This document shows positions 7,806 to 15,345 of a stretch of DNA of 32,230 bases, in pieces; the first letter of the stretch is position 1; each line of letters starts with the position of its first letter. The stretch is from a virus. Its lineage: Duplodnaviria; Caudoviricetes. Where the stretch lies: positions 1-32,230 of IMG/VR virus record IMGVR_UViG_3300046005_000942. One strand, written 5' to 3'. A program made the translations under genes and the position numbers. The notes beneath the pieces were generated by a model. That model was not told where the DNA came from. It did not search any database and saw only the letters and a list, made by a program, of their open reading frames with translations.

Positions 7806-8060
7806 ATGAACCAAGAATGGGAGGCGTACCTCTACGAGCAGGGCGAAGTAAACGAGGAAGTAAAGGAACTAAGAATGGCGGCTGGACTAACCCAACAAGA
7901 ACTGAGCGTAGCAACGGGTATTGAAATCGAACACATAGCAGCAGAAGAACGCGGCGAAGGGGGCTTGTCGGCTGGGTATTGGAGGTGTATTTATGGTGTA
8001 TGCAACGACAGGATAAAGATGTTCAAACGAGATGCGGGATTAACGATTAAGTTGGGCTAG
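7806..8060 (+). CDS. XRE/Cro-like helix-turn-helix protein
   Basis: VKELRMAAGLTQQELSVATGI...I...ERG. Confidence 0.8.
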   Translation: MNQEWEAYLYEQGEVNEEVKELRMAAGLTQQELSVATGIEIEHIAAEERGEGGLSAGYWRCIYGVCNDRIKMFKRDAGLTIKLG

Positions 8061-8153
8061 GCAGACATGCTGAAAATATCTTGCGGGATTCTGCGTCGGG
8101 AAACCCAGTAATCTCGATAGATAACCGCCTGACTTATTCAATTTGGAGAAGAT

Positions 8154-8483
8154 ATGAAAACAAGAGAAGAACTAGTGCAGGATGTTGATAAGGCGCTGAC
8201 TGCTTGGGATGCTGCTGTCGACGATGCTGCTGCTTGGCGCGCTGCTGCTGTTGCTTGGGACGTTGCTAAGGCTGCTTTGGCTGATTACGACAAGGAGGCA
8301 GATGAAGCTGCTTGGTCTGAGGGTAGGATTCAATGCGCTGCCGTTAGAGATGTTAGGCTGGATGAGGCTAGGGATGATATTCGTGCTATAGACGCTGCTT
8401 GGTCTGCTTATCATGATTCTTGTGTAGCTATTGATGATCGTTGGGATGCGGCTAGGGCTAAGAGAGAAGGGTGGGGCGTATGA
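8154..8483 (+). CDS. Ala/Asp/Trp-repeat hypothetical protein
   Basis: GGAG RBS; repeated (A/T/V)AW units. Confidence 0.7.
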   Translation: MKTREELVQDVDKALTAWDAAVDDAAAWRAAAVAWDVAKAALADYDKEADEAAWSEGRIQCAAVRDVRLDEARDDIRAIDAAWSAYHDSCVAIDDRWDAARAKREGWGV

Positions 8484-8659
8484 GTGATAGCAGAGATGAG
8501 TTAGCAGCAATGGCAATGATGGCATTAGTAGTTAAGTATGGCTACAAGTGGGGCGAAGGTGAAGAAGAAAGAAGTCACAAAGGTGCAGTAACGGCATACA
8601 AGATAGCAGATGCTATGATTAAATATAAAAAGGAGATGCGAAATGAAAGCAATGATTGA
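8480..8659 (+). CDS. Small conserved phage protein
   Basis: RDELAAMAM...AYKIADAM pattern; ATGA overlap with the upstream stop. Confidence 0.7.
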   Translation: MSDSRDELAAMAMMALVVKYGYKWGEGEEERSHKGAVTAYKIADAMIKYKKEMRNESND

Positions 8660-8996
8660 GGTAGAGATAGATGACACGGTAATAGTTGAGTCGTTACGTA
8701 ATTCGATTGATCTTAACTGGCCCTTCCGTAAAGAACCGGGGATGGGGGTACTACATACATCACTGCTTAACGTGTTGTCATACCACATGGAAGATAGAGA
8801 GTTTACGTTGTACTGCAATGCCAACAAGCATTACCTAAAGAAAGAACAGACAGTAGAAAAAACAATGAAGAAGGAGCGACACAAACGAGCCGAGCTAAAT
8901 GCTGTGGTATATCGTAAAGGGTATGATGCTGGGTATAACCAAGGGATTAAAGAAGCACTAGATGAAGTAGCAGCAGGACGTATACACCCAACATAA
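8643..8996 (+). CDS. Hypothetical protein
   Basis: AAGGAG RBS; C-terminal YRKGYDAGYNQG repeat. Confidence 0.7.
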   Translation: MKAMIEVEIDDTVIVESLRNSIDLNWPFRKEPGMGVLHTSLLNVLSYHMEDREFTLYCNANKHYLKKEQTVEKTMKKERHKRAELNAVVYRKGYDAGYNQGIKEALDEVAAGRIHPT

Positions 8997-9003
8997 GGAG
9001 AAG

Positions 9004-9111
9004 ATGATGCATCTATATAAGGTAGCAGTGATTATAGCCATAGGGGTAGTAATACTTGGGGCTGGCATGCTAGGTGGCCTTGCTGTACTGATGTGGGGTA
9101 GCTATGGCTGA
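9004..9111 (+). CDS. Small membrane peptide, 35 aa
   Basis: AAGGAG RBS; MMHLYKVAVIIAIGVVILGAGMLGGLAVLMWGSYG. Confidence 0.6.
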   Translation: MMHLYKVAVIIAIGVVILGAGMLGGLAVLMWGSYG

Positions 9112-9538
9112 TAAAGAAGGGAACTTCACTGGTGACGGCTTATGGGCTACGTATAAAATGGCTGACATGCTGGCTGCTGTGCAAAACGCATACGGCACAC
9201 CCCATGAAGAGGTAGGTGTTGGGGGGTATACACCTCAAGAGATAAGCGAGATGTACGAGGAAAACAACCGGCTACCCGCAGGGCGGTTCAGTTCCGACCA
9301 GATATACCATGCAAAGAAAGCGATAGACACATACCGCCGAGAGCATGGGCTACCCCCTAGAGTCGAGCGGGTGCAGACACAATCAATACGCAAGTCCAAG
9401 CGGATGATAGAAATAGAGAAACTTATGACGCTAGGTGTATCACCTGAGGATATAGCTGGACACGTTGACCAAGCAGTAAAGACAGTAAGAAGGGCTATCA
9501 ACAGGATCAAGGAGAAACAACGTGAAGCTAGTAGATGA
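9104..9538 (+). CDS. Hypothetical protein with probable C-terminal helix-turn-helix
   Basis: LMTLGVSPEDIAGHVDQAVKTVRRAI resembles an HTH. Confidence 0.6.
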   Translation: MADKEGNFTGDGLWATYKMADMLAAVQNAYGTPHEEVGVGGYTPQEISEMYEENNRLPAGRFSSDQIYHAKKAIDTYRREHGLPPRVERVQTQSIRKSKRMIEIEKLMTLGVSPEDIAGHVDQAVKTVRRAINRIKEKQREASR

Positions 9539-9764
9539 CAGTGTAGTGAGGGAGTTGGGAGTAATCTCAAAGATAGATGTACCGCCAGAGAAGATGCTAA
9601 AGGCTGCATTAGAAGCTGATCTTGAGTCATGCGTAATCATGGGTTGGGATAAGAAAGATGATCTGTACTTTGCATCATCAATAGCGGAAGGGGGTGATGT
9701 CTTGTGGATAATGGAGCAAGTTAAACTTGCATTGATAAGCGGAGTAAAATATGAGCGAACGTGA
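9522..9764 (+). CDS. Hypothetical protein
   Basis: GTG start with AAGGAG RBS; 80 aa. Confidence 0.7.
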   Translation: MKLVDDSVVRELGVISKIDVPPEKMLKAALEADLESCVIMGWDKKDDLYFASSIAEGGDVLWIMEQVKLALISGVKYERT

Positions 9765-9927
9765 GATTCAGCAAATGGCAGGGGAACGTAGGTTGGAGAA
9801 GTTAAATGGTTTTTCTGGTGAGTTCAAGGCGCTGGTTAAGAAGTATGTGCCTGAGTACGACCCCATCATCGTAGGGCAGTTGATGGAACGAGTGAATATC
9901 TACGAGTGCGGGGCGTGGGATGAGTAA
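9751..9927 (+). CDS. Hypothetical protein, 58 aa
   Basis: GGAG RBS; fills the gap between neighbours with short overlaps (MSEREIQQ...GAWDE). Confidence 0.6.
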   Translation: MSEREIQQMAGERRLEKLNGFSGEFKALVKKYVPEYDPIIVGQLMERVNIYECGAWDE

Positions 9928-10336
9928 AGCACCAGTAGTAAAGAGCGCAGTTAAGCGCGTAGCTAAAAAGGCAGTAGTACCCAAAGTACGGGTAACAACA
10001 AAACGGGTAGTACCGGGGTTTGTATTAGTAGCGGCAAATGATGTGTTTCCTACCACACCTAATAGGTATAAGGCAGCACTAAAACCTAAGATGGAGTGGA
10101 TAGATAATAATCAACTATGGCTTGATACAAAGACCAATCGCGTATTCACCCCCGTGTTACTAGGTAGTGGTGTCTACTGGATGGATGCCATAACAGGCAG
10201 TGTATACAATGTATATACAGGCCAATGCCAGAGCAACAGCACCATGTGTATTAACCTACGGCATATGGTATTCAATCAGGAAGTAGGCGGGAAGATACTA
10301 ATATCAACCAGTCCAACGGAGGGTGGTGATGTCTAG
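9920..10336 (+). CDS. Hypothetical protein with basic N-terminus
   Basis: 138-aa ORF in operon. Confidence 0.7.
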   Translation: MSKAPVVKSAVKRVAKKAVVPKVRVTTKRVVPGFVLVAANDVFPTTPNRYKAALKPKMEWIDNNQLWLDTKTNRVFTPVLLGSGVYWMDAITGSVYNVYTGQCQSNSTMCINLRHMVFNQEVGGKILISTSPTEGGDV

Positions 10337-10481
10337 CTGGCATATTATATGTGTGGTAGATGGTGTAAAGAGGATGTATATCGAGGTGGCAGGCACGGCA
10401 GAAGAAGCTATCAAGCAAGTGCTATTAGAGGCCCCCACAGGTGAGATACAACAAGTAACAGTACGTAACTTAGAGGATTAA
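10329..10481 (+). CDS. Hypothetical protein, 50 aa
   Basis: GGAGG RBS; MSSWHIICVVDG...RNLED fills the gap. Confidence 0.55.
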   Translation: MSSWHIICVVDGVKRMYIEVAGTAEEAIKQVLLEAPTGEIQQVTVRNLED

Positions 10482-10482
10482 T

Positions 10483-10707
10483 ATGAATAAGAAAGAGATA
10501 GATAGAACATGGACTACTAAGTCAGAGCTGACATTCATTAAGGGCTTAGGCACATGGACAGACAAGAAGCAAAGCCGTTTAGGGCTGCTTAAGAAGTACC
10601 AGAACACCATTCACCTACGTTCTAAGTGGGGCACCATTGATGATGTGGATGTGCATGAGTACATAGATAAGCTAATCGTACTTGATACTAAGGCGTTATA
10701 CAAATGA
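10483..10707 (+). CDS. Hypothetical protein
   Basis: GAGG RBS; 74 aa. Confidence 0.7.
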   Translation: MNKKEIDRTWTTKSELTFIKGLGTWTDKKQSRLGLLKKYQNTIHLRSKWGTIDDVDVHEYIDKLIVLDTKALYK

Positions 10708-11018
10708 ACCAGAACCTTAGGATCGCTGTGTGCGTAGTTATAATCATGTCCTTAACGACGTATGTGTTTGGGCAAGGCTACAGCTATAGCTACAGCCCCC
10801 TAAGCTATGAGAACAGCAGCGCAAATTACAGCAACAGTAGTCTGAACTACAGGAACAGCCCTCAAAACTATGAGAACAGCAGTGCTAACTATAACTCCCC
10901 CAACGCGGTGTTTGACAGCAAAGGTAATCGTATTGGGTACGAAGTAGTATCTCCAGCGGGCATAGTTAACAGGTTTGATAACGCGGGCAACCGTACAAGC
11001 TATAGGAAAACTAAATGA
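10704..11018 (+). CDS. Putative secreted protein with YxNSxxN heptad repeats
   Basis: N-terminal hydrophobic signal-like segment; YENSSAN-YSNSSLN-YRNSPQN-YENSSAN repeats. Confidence 0.7.
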   Translation: MNQNLRIAVCVVIIMSLTTYVFGQGYSYSYSPLSYENSSANYSNSSLNYRNSPQNYENSSANYNSPNAVFDSKGNRIGYEVVSPAGIVNRFDNAGNRTSYRKTK

Positions 11019-11236
11019 AAGCTACCCCATTAGAGTCACAACAAGGTGGTGCGCACTACAAAGAGATGGTGATACAACCCGTAGAGTTTATCTATAAAAA
11101 CAATATACCTTACATGGAAGGTAACGTAATCAAGTACGTATGTAGGTGGAAGAAGAAGAACGGTGTTGAAGACTTACACAAAGCAAAGCACTATTTAGAG
11201 TTGCTAATTCAGTTTGAGACTGATAAAGAGGAGTAA
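11015..11236 (+). CDS. DUF3310 family protein (SaV / T7 gp1.7-like)
   Basis: GGAHY..., GNVIKYVCRW..KNGVEDL.KA.HYL signature. Confidence 0.85.
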   Translation: MKATPLESQQGGAHYKEMVIQPVEFIYKNNIPYMEGNVIKYVCRWKKKNGVEDLHKAKHYLELLIQFETDKEE

Positions 11237-11240
11237 GGAT

Positions 11241-11543
11241 ATGGCACTAACACCAGAAGCAAAGGTTAAGCAGGATATTAAGAAGCTACTAGCCTCGCGG
11301 GGGGCGTTGTACTGCATGCCTGCCACAGGGGGGTTCGGTAAGTCTGGTGTTAGTGACTTCCTTATATGCTACAAAGGTAAGTTTATTAGTGTGGAAGCAA
11401 AGGCAGGAGATAACGGCCCGTCAGCATTGCAGTTAAACTGGTTGGCAAGCGTAGCGAAGCATGGGGGCTATGCAGCAGTTATAAATGAACTTACCCTATG
11501 GAAGCTAGCAGCTATATTTGACAAGGTAGATGAAAATGAGTGA
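11241..11543 (+). CDS. VRR-NUC domain nuclease (Holliday-junction resolvase-like)
   Basis: TPEAKVK, GVSD, VEAKA, SALQ, GG.A.VIN. Confidence 0.85.
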   Translation: MALTPEAKVKQDIKKLLASRGALYCMPATGGFGKSGVSDFLICYKGKFISVEAKAGDNGPSALQLNWLASVAKHGGYAAVINELTLWKLAAIFDKVDENE

Positions 11544-11730
11544 TGATGCAGATCGTGCACAAGAAATGATGGATCGGGAAGATACAGCACGGCGTAAATA
11601 CGGTAAGCATACCCAGCTAGAGGTAGACCCCACAGGATACTGCCTTAACTGTGAAGAGCCACTACATAAAGTAGGACTACGTTGGTGCGATGCTGCTTGT
11701 AGGGATGACTGGGAAGAACACCGTGAATGA
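11530..11730 (+). CDS. Small C4 zinc-finger protein with TraR-like N-terminus
   Basis: SDDADRAQE N-terminus; CLNC...WCDAAC. Confidence 0.65.
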   Translation: MKMSDDADRAQEMMDREDTARRKYGKHTQLEVDPTGYCLNCEEPLHKVGLRWCDAACRDDWEEHRE

Positions 11731-12142
11731 CCACAAATGCACGGCATGTAAGGGATTATACCCACGTGTGTTGTACAGAAAGAAAGGTGGTGGGATACAT
11801 CCTAACTGCCCTAAGTGTAGGAAGAAGGTAATAAATACTAGGCAAGCCATAAAGAAAAAGATCGTATTACTAGCCGATGTTATTAAGGGGCAGCAAGAGC
11901 AGGCAGCACGAGAGAGTCAGCGACGTGCCCTAATGACAGAATATCTGGACATCACACGCAGTAACAGAACCCGTATCGCAGCCCTACTGAAAGCCAACAG
12001 TCAAAGGACTTATGCTAAGACCCGCATCCGTAGCCGTATGGAGATGCAAGATGCATGGGAAGCAGGGCTAGATAGCCTTATGGCAGCGATAGACGAAGGG
12101 CGAGAAGTAACCACACTATATGAATATATGCATGGAGTATAG
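11723..12142 (+). CDS. Hypothetical protein with N-terminal CxxC..CxxC zinc finger
   Basis: CTAC...CPKC followed by a helical region; start uncertain (GTG 11723 vs 11690). Confidence 0.6.
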   Translation: MNDHKCTACKGLYPRVLYRKKGGGIHPNCPKCRKKVINTRQAIKKKIVLLADVIKGQQEQAARESQRRALMTEYLDITRSNRTRIAALLKANSQRTYAKTRIRSRMEMQDAWEAGLDSLMAAIDEGREVTTLYEYMHGV

Positions 12143-12153
12143 AGGAGACAGGC

Positions 12154-12504
12154 ATGGCGATACCACGGGAGCAGTTACTTAGAGAAATGAGCACAGAGTT
12201 AACAAGTTTGTTTGGTAAGGCGTATACGGAAGAGAAGATTAACAAGAAAAAGAAAACAGAGGAGAAAACAGGCATGTTGTTCAAGTACCTAGTAACAAGA
12301 AATAATGACGGGACTATAGATGTAGATGACATACCTAGTGATACCGCCATATCGAGGATAGACAGCATCAAGTACACAGACGAAACACTCCCCAAAGAGA
12401 TAGGCGATAAGATGAAGATGCTTATGTGGACACCAGAAGAAACAAATAATGGGTTAGATGAGATAGGGATAAGGGTAGGTGAACGTATGTTCTGGATTGC
12501 TTAA
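12154..12504 (+). CDS. Hypothetical protein; N-terminus resembles a major-capsid N-terminal motif
   Basis: GAGGAG RBS; MAIPREQLLREMSTELTSLFGKAY. Confidence 0.7.
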   Translation: MAIPREQLLREMSTELTSLFGKAYTEEKINKKKKTEEKTGMLFKYLVTRNNDGTIDVDDIPSDTAISRIDSIKYTDETLPKEIGDKMKMLMWTPEETNNGLDEIGIRVGERMFWIA

Positions 12505-12512
12505 GGATAAAA

Positions 12513-14372
12513 ATGAAACTGATAACACTAGATTTTGAAACATACTACTCGACCGAGTACAGCCTATCTAAACTCACCACAGAGGAATACATCAGAGGGA
12601 AAGAGTTTGAGGTTATAGGGGTGGCTACTAAGGTAGATGATGGCCCTATAGTATGGGTAACAGGCAATAAGGTTAAGAAGCACCTAGCCTCACTACCGTG
12701 GGGAGATCACCTACTGCTAGCCCAGAACACAGCCTTTGATGGAGCTATATTAAACTGGCGTTATGGCATCACCCCCGTGGGCTACCTAGATACTATGAGT
12801 ATGGCTAATGCCCTGCATGGTGTATCGGAGTCATCATCACTAGCTAACCTCGCTAAGAAGTACGAAGAAGCAGACAAGGGTGATGCAGTCATTATGGCGA
12901 AGGGCAAACACCTAGCTGACTTTACGACGGAAGAACTAGAGGTGTATGGGGAGTATTGCATCCACGACACGGAGCTGTGCTATAACATCTTCCACAAGAT
13001 GCTGCCTGTATTCCCTAAGGGCGAACTGAAGGTAGTAGACATGACCATACGTATGTTTGCAGAACCTATTATCGAGGTAGACCGCCCCCTGCTGGAAGAT
13101 GACCTGATTAATATACGGGCCGACAGACGTAGTGCACTGCTGATGCTGATGAACCTGATTGGTGTTAAGAGTGAGGAATCGCTTAAGAAGCTGCTGATGA
13201 GCAACGACAAGTTTGCAGAGCTGTTGCGGACCCGTGGCATAGATCCCCCTACAAAGACTAGCCCTAAGACAGGCAAGCAGGCATGGGCATTTGCTAAGAC
13301 AGATGAAGCACTCACATCACTAGGTGACAGCGAAGATCCTATCGTCGCAACGCTTGTGGCTACCCGGCTGGATAGTAGGTCAACCATAACTGAAACACGT
13401 ACTGATTCGTTTATAGGTATATCTGAGCGTGGTGCGTACCCATTCTCACTGCTCTACTCAGGGGCTAAGGTAACTCATCGGTGGTCAGGCTTTGACACTA
13501 ACCCACAGAACCTACCTAGGGGATCAACCCTACGCAAGGCACTCATGGCAGCAGAAGGCCATACGCTAGTAGTTGCCGACTTGAGTAATATCGAACTGCG
13601 TGTGGGTATGTGGCTAGCAGGTCAGGATGATGCCGTTAAGCAGCTAAAGGATGGGATAGATCTGTACCGCATGTTTGCTGCTGAAGCGTTTAACATCCCC
13701 TATGACAAGATCGCTAAAGATAGTGAGGAGCGATTCATAGCTAAGGTGTGCTGCTTGTCATTGATCTATGGCACAGGTGCACCCAAGTTACAGGACACGA
13801 TACGTATTCAGAGCAAGGGTAGAATCATAGTTACCCTAGAAGAAGCAGAACGGTTGAAGGACCTGTATAGAACTACAAACATTAATGTAGTAGGCGCATG
13901 GCAGGTTGGCTCTGACATACTGGATTGGATACTCGCTGATAAGGAGCATACAGCATACAAACTACTGCCGGTAAGAGGTGTAAAGGGGATTGAGAAACCT
14001 AACGGGTTAATACTATCCTACCCAGAGCTGGCCCGTAAGGATGGAGACAAGGGTTACGGTTATGATTGGACGTACAAAGTAAAGCGTGGATCTAAGAACA
14101 CAGAGGATAGAGTTTACGGCGCAAAGGTGTACCAACGTATTGTACAGAGTTTATCTAGGGACATCATGGCAGCTAATGCTGTGGATATAGATGCTAAGTA
14201 TCTCATCGCAGGGTTAGTACACGATGAAATTATATGCCCTGTACTCGATGAGTCAGTAGAGGATGCTAAGAAGTTTATCAAGAAGGTAATGCGTAAGCCA
14301 CCTAAGTGGGCAGCAGGCTTGCCCCTAGACTGCGAAGTAGGTGCAGGTAAACGATACGGCGATGCTAAATAG
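12513..14372 (+). CDS. polA: Phage DNA polymerase, family A, with 3'-5' exonuclease domain
   Basis: Exo motifs DFET, NTAFD, YCIHD; polymerase motifs NPQNLP, A (DLSNIELR), B (RFIAKVCCLSLIYG), C (VHDE). Confidence 0.95.
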   Translation: MKLITLDFETYYSTEYSLSKLTTEEYIRGKEFEVIGVATKVDDGPIVWVTGNKVKKHLASLPWGDHLLLAQNTAFDGAILNWRYGITPVGYLDTMSMANALHGVSESSSLANLAKKYEEADKGDAVIMAKGKHLADFTTEELEVYGEYCIHDTELCYNIFHKMLPVFPKGELKVVDMTIRMFAEPIIEVDRPLLEDDLINIRADRRSALLMLMNLIGVKSEESLKKLLMSNDKFAELLRTRGIDPPTKTSPKTGKQAWAFAKTDEALTSLGDSEDPIVATLVATRLDSRSTITETRTDSFIGISERGAYPFSLLYSGAKVTHRWSGFDTNPQNLPRGSTLRKALMAAEGHTLVVADLSNIELRVGMWLAGQDDAVKQLKDGIDLYRMFAAEAFNIPYDKIAKDSEERFIAKVCCLSLIYGTGAPKLQDTIRIQSKGRIIVTLEEAERLKDLYRTTNINVVGAWQVGSDILDWILADKEHTAYKLLPVRGVKGIEKPNGLILSYPELARKDGDKGYGYDWTYKVKRGSKNTEDRVYGAKVYQRIVQSLSRDIMAANAVDIDAKYLIAGLVHDEIICPVLDESVEDAKKFIKKVMRKPPKWAAGLPLDCEVGAGKRYGDAK

Positions 14373-14410
14373 GAGTACAATAGCCGGGATTACTTTCGTA
14401 AAGGAAATAT

Positions 14411-15061
14411 ATGGCTTACAGCTACTCGGCGATCAAGGAGTTCCAGCAGTGTCCAAGGAAGTATTATGAGTGCAGGATACTTAAGAAGTGGCCTAGTCCT
14501 AAGTCAGAACAGATCCGGTATGGGGAGGAAGTGCATAAGGCACTGGAGGATGGTGTAAAAAGCGGTGTTCCTCTTGGCCCCCATAGTAGGTTTGATTATG
14601 TAGTAGATACAATAAATGCACTACCGGGAACTAAGATAACTGAGTGTCGGATGGCTTTGAATGATTCCCTAGAGCCATGTGAATTCTTTGCCTCCGATGT
14701 GTTCATGCGCGGTGTTGCTGATATTACTGTACTTAATGGTACGAAGGCATATGTGGGGGACTATAAGACGGGGAAGGCATCATACCCCGACCCCAAGCAG
14801 CTAGAGCTTATGGCCTTGATGCTGTTCAGCCACCATAAAGAAATCGAGACTATTGGCGCATCCCTGTTATTCCTGTTGTACGATAAGGTTGTGTCAGAGA
14901 CATACAAGAGAGAGGAAGAAAGAGAACGGTGGGTGCACTGGATTAGCGAGACAGCAAAGATTGAAGCAGCAGTTGCAAATGGAGTGTTTAATGAAATACC
15001 TACCCCCCTGTGTGGCTGGTGCCCCGTAAAGACCTGCCCACATAACATAGAGAGGATATAG
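14411..15061 (+). CDS. PD-(D/E)xK exonuclease, RecB/Cas4-like
   Basis: SYS...CPRKY, G..VH, RGVAD, DYKTG, QL, C-terminal CGWCPVKTC cysteine cluster. Confidence 0.9.
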   Translation: MAYSYSAIKEFQQCPRKYYECRILKKWPSPKSEQIRYGEEVHKALEDGVKSGVPLGPHSRFDYVVDTINALPGTKITECRMALNDSLEPCEFFASDVFMRGVADITVLNGTKAYVGDYKTGKASYPDPKQLELMALMLFSHHKEIETIGASLLFLLYDKVVSETYKREEERERWVHWISETAKIEAAVANGVFNEIPTPLCGWCPVKTCPHNIERI

Positions 15062-15063
15062 TC

Positions 15064-15345
15064 ATGCCACGTAAACCAAACTTACCTAAGGGTGATCCAG
15101 AATGGAAGCGCGAGTGGGAGTACCAGAAGGCCAACGGTGAGGATAAGAAGCAGAAGGTTCGAGCCAAAGCCAGAGCAATGTATGACAAGGCAGGGATTGC
15201 TAGGCCCGATGGAATGCAGATAGATCATATAAAGCCGGTAGAGAAAGGGGGTGCTTCCAAGATGAGCAACCTCAAATTGATCCCAACCAATGCAAACGAG
15301 AAGAAGAACCTGCATCACAAAGGCGAGACTAAAGGGAAAAAGTAA
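15064..15345 (+). CDS. Small HNH endonuclease-like protein
   Basis: IDHIKPVEKGG...NL......N. Confidence 0.8.
   Translation: MPRKPNLPKGDPEWKREWEYQKANGEDKKQKVRAKARAMYDKAGIARPDGMQIDHIKPVEKGGASKMSNLKLIPTNANEKKNLHHKGETKGKK

Noticed and set aside
8058-8131. tRNA gene or hammerhead ribozyme
   Set aside because: No T-loop GTTC motif or cloverleaf; CTGAAAA does not fit the CUGANGA core.
12188-12205. MSTELT shared with the N-terminus of the SSB-like protein
   Set aside because: Six common residues with no further similarity; likely chance.
14411-15061. CRISPR-associated cas4
   Set aside because: No other cas genes or array; this is the stand-alone exonuclease usual in phage replication modules.
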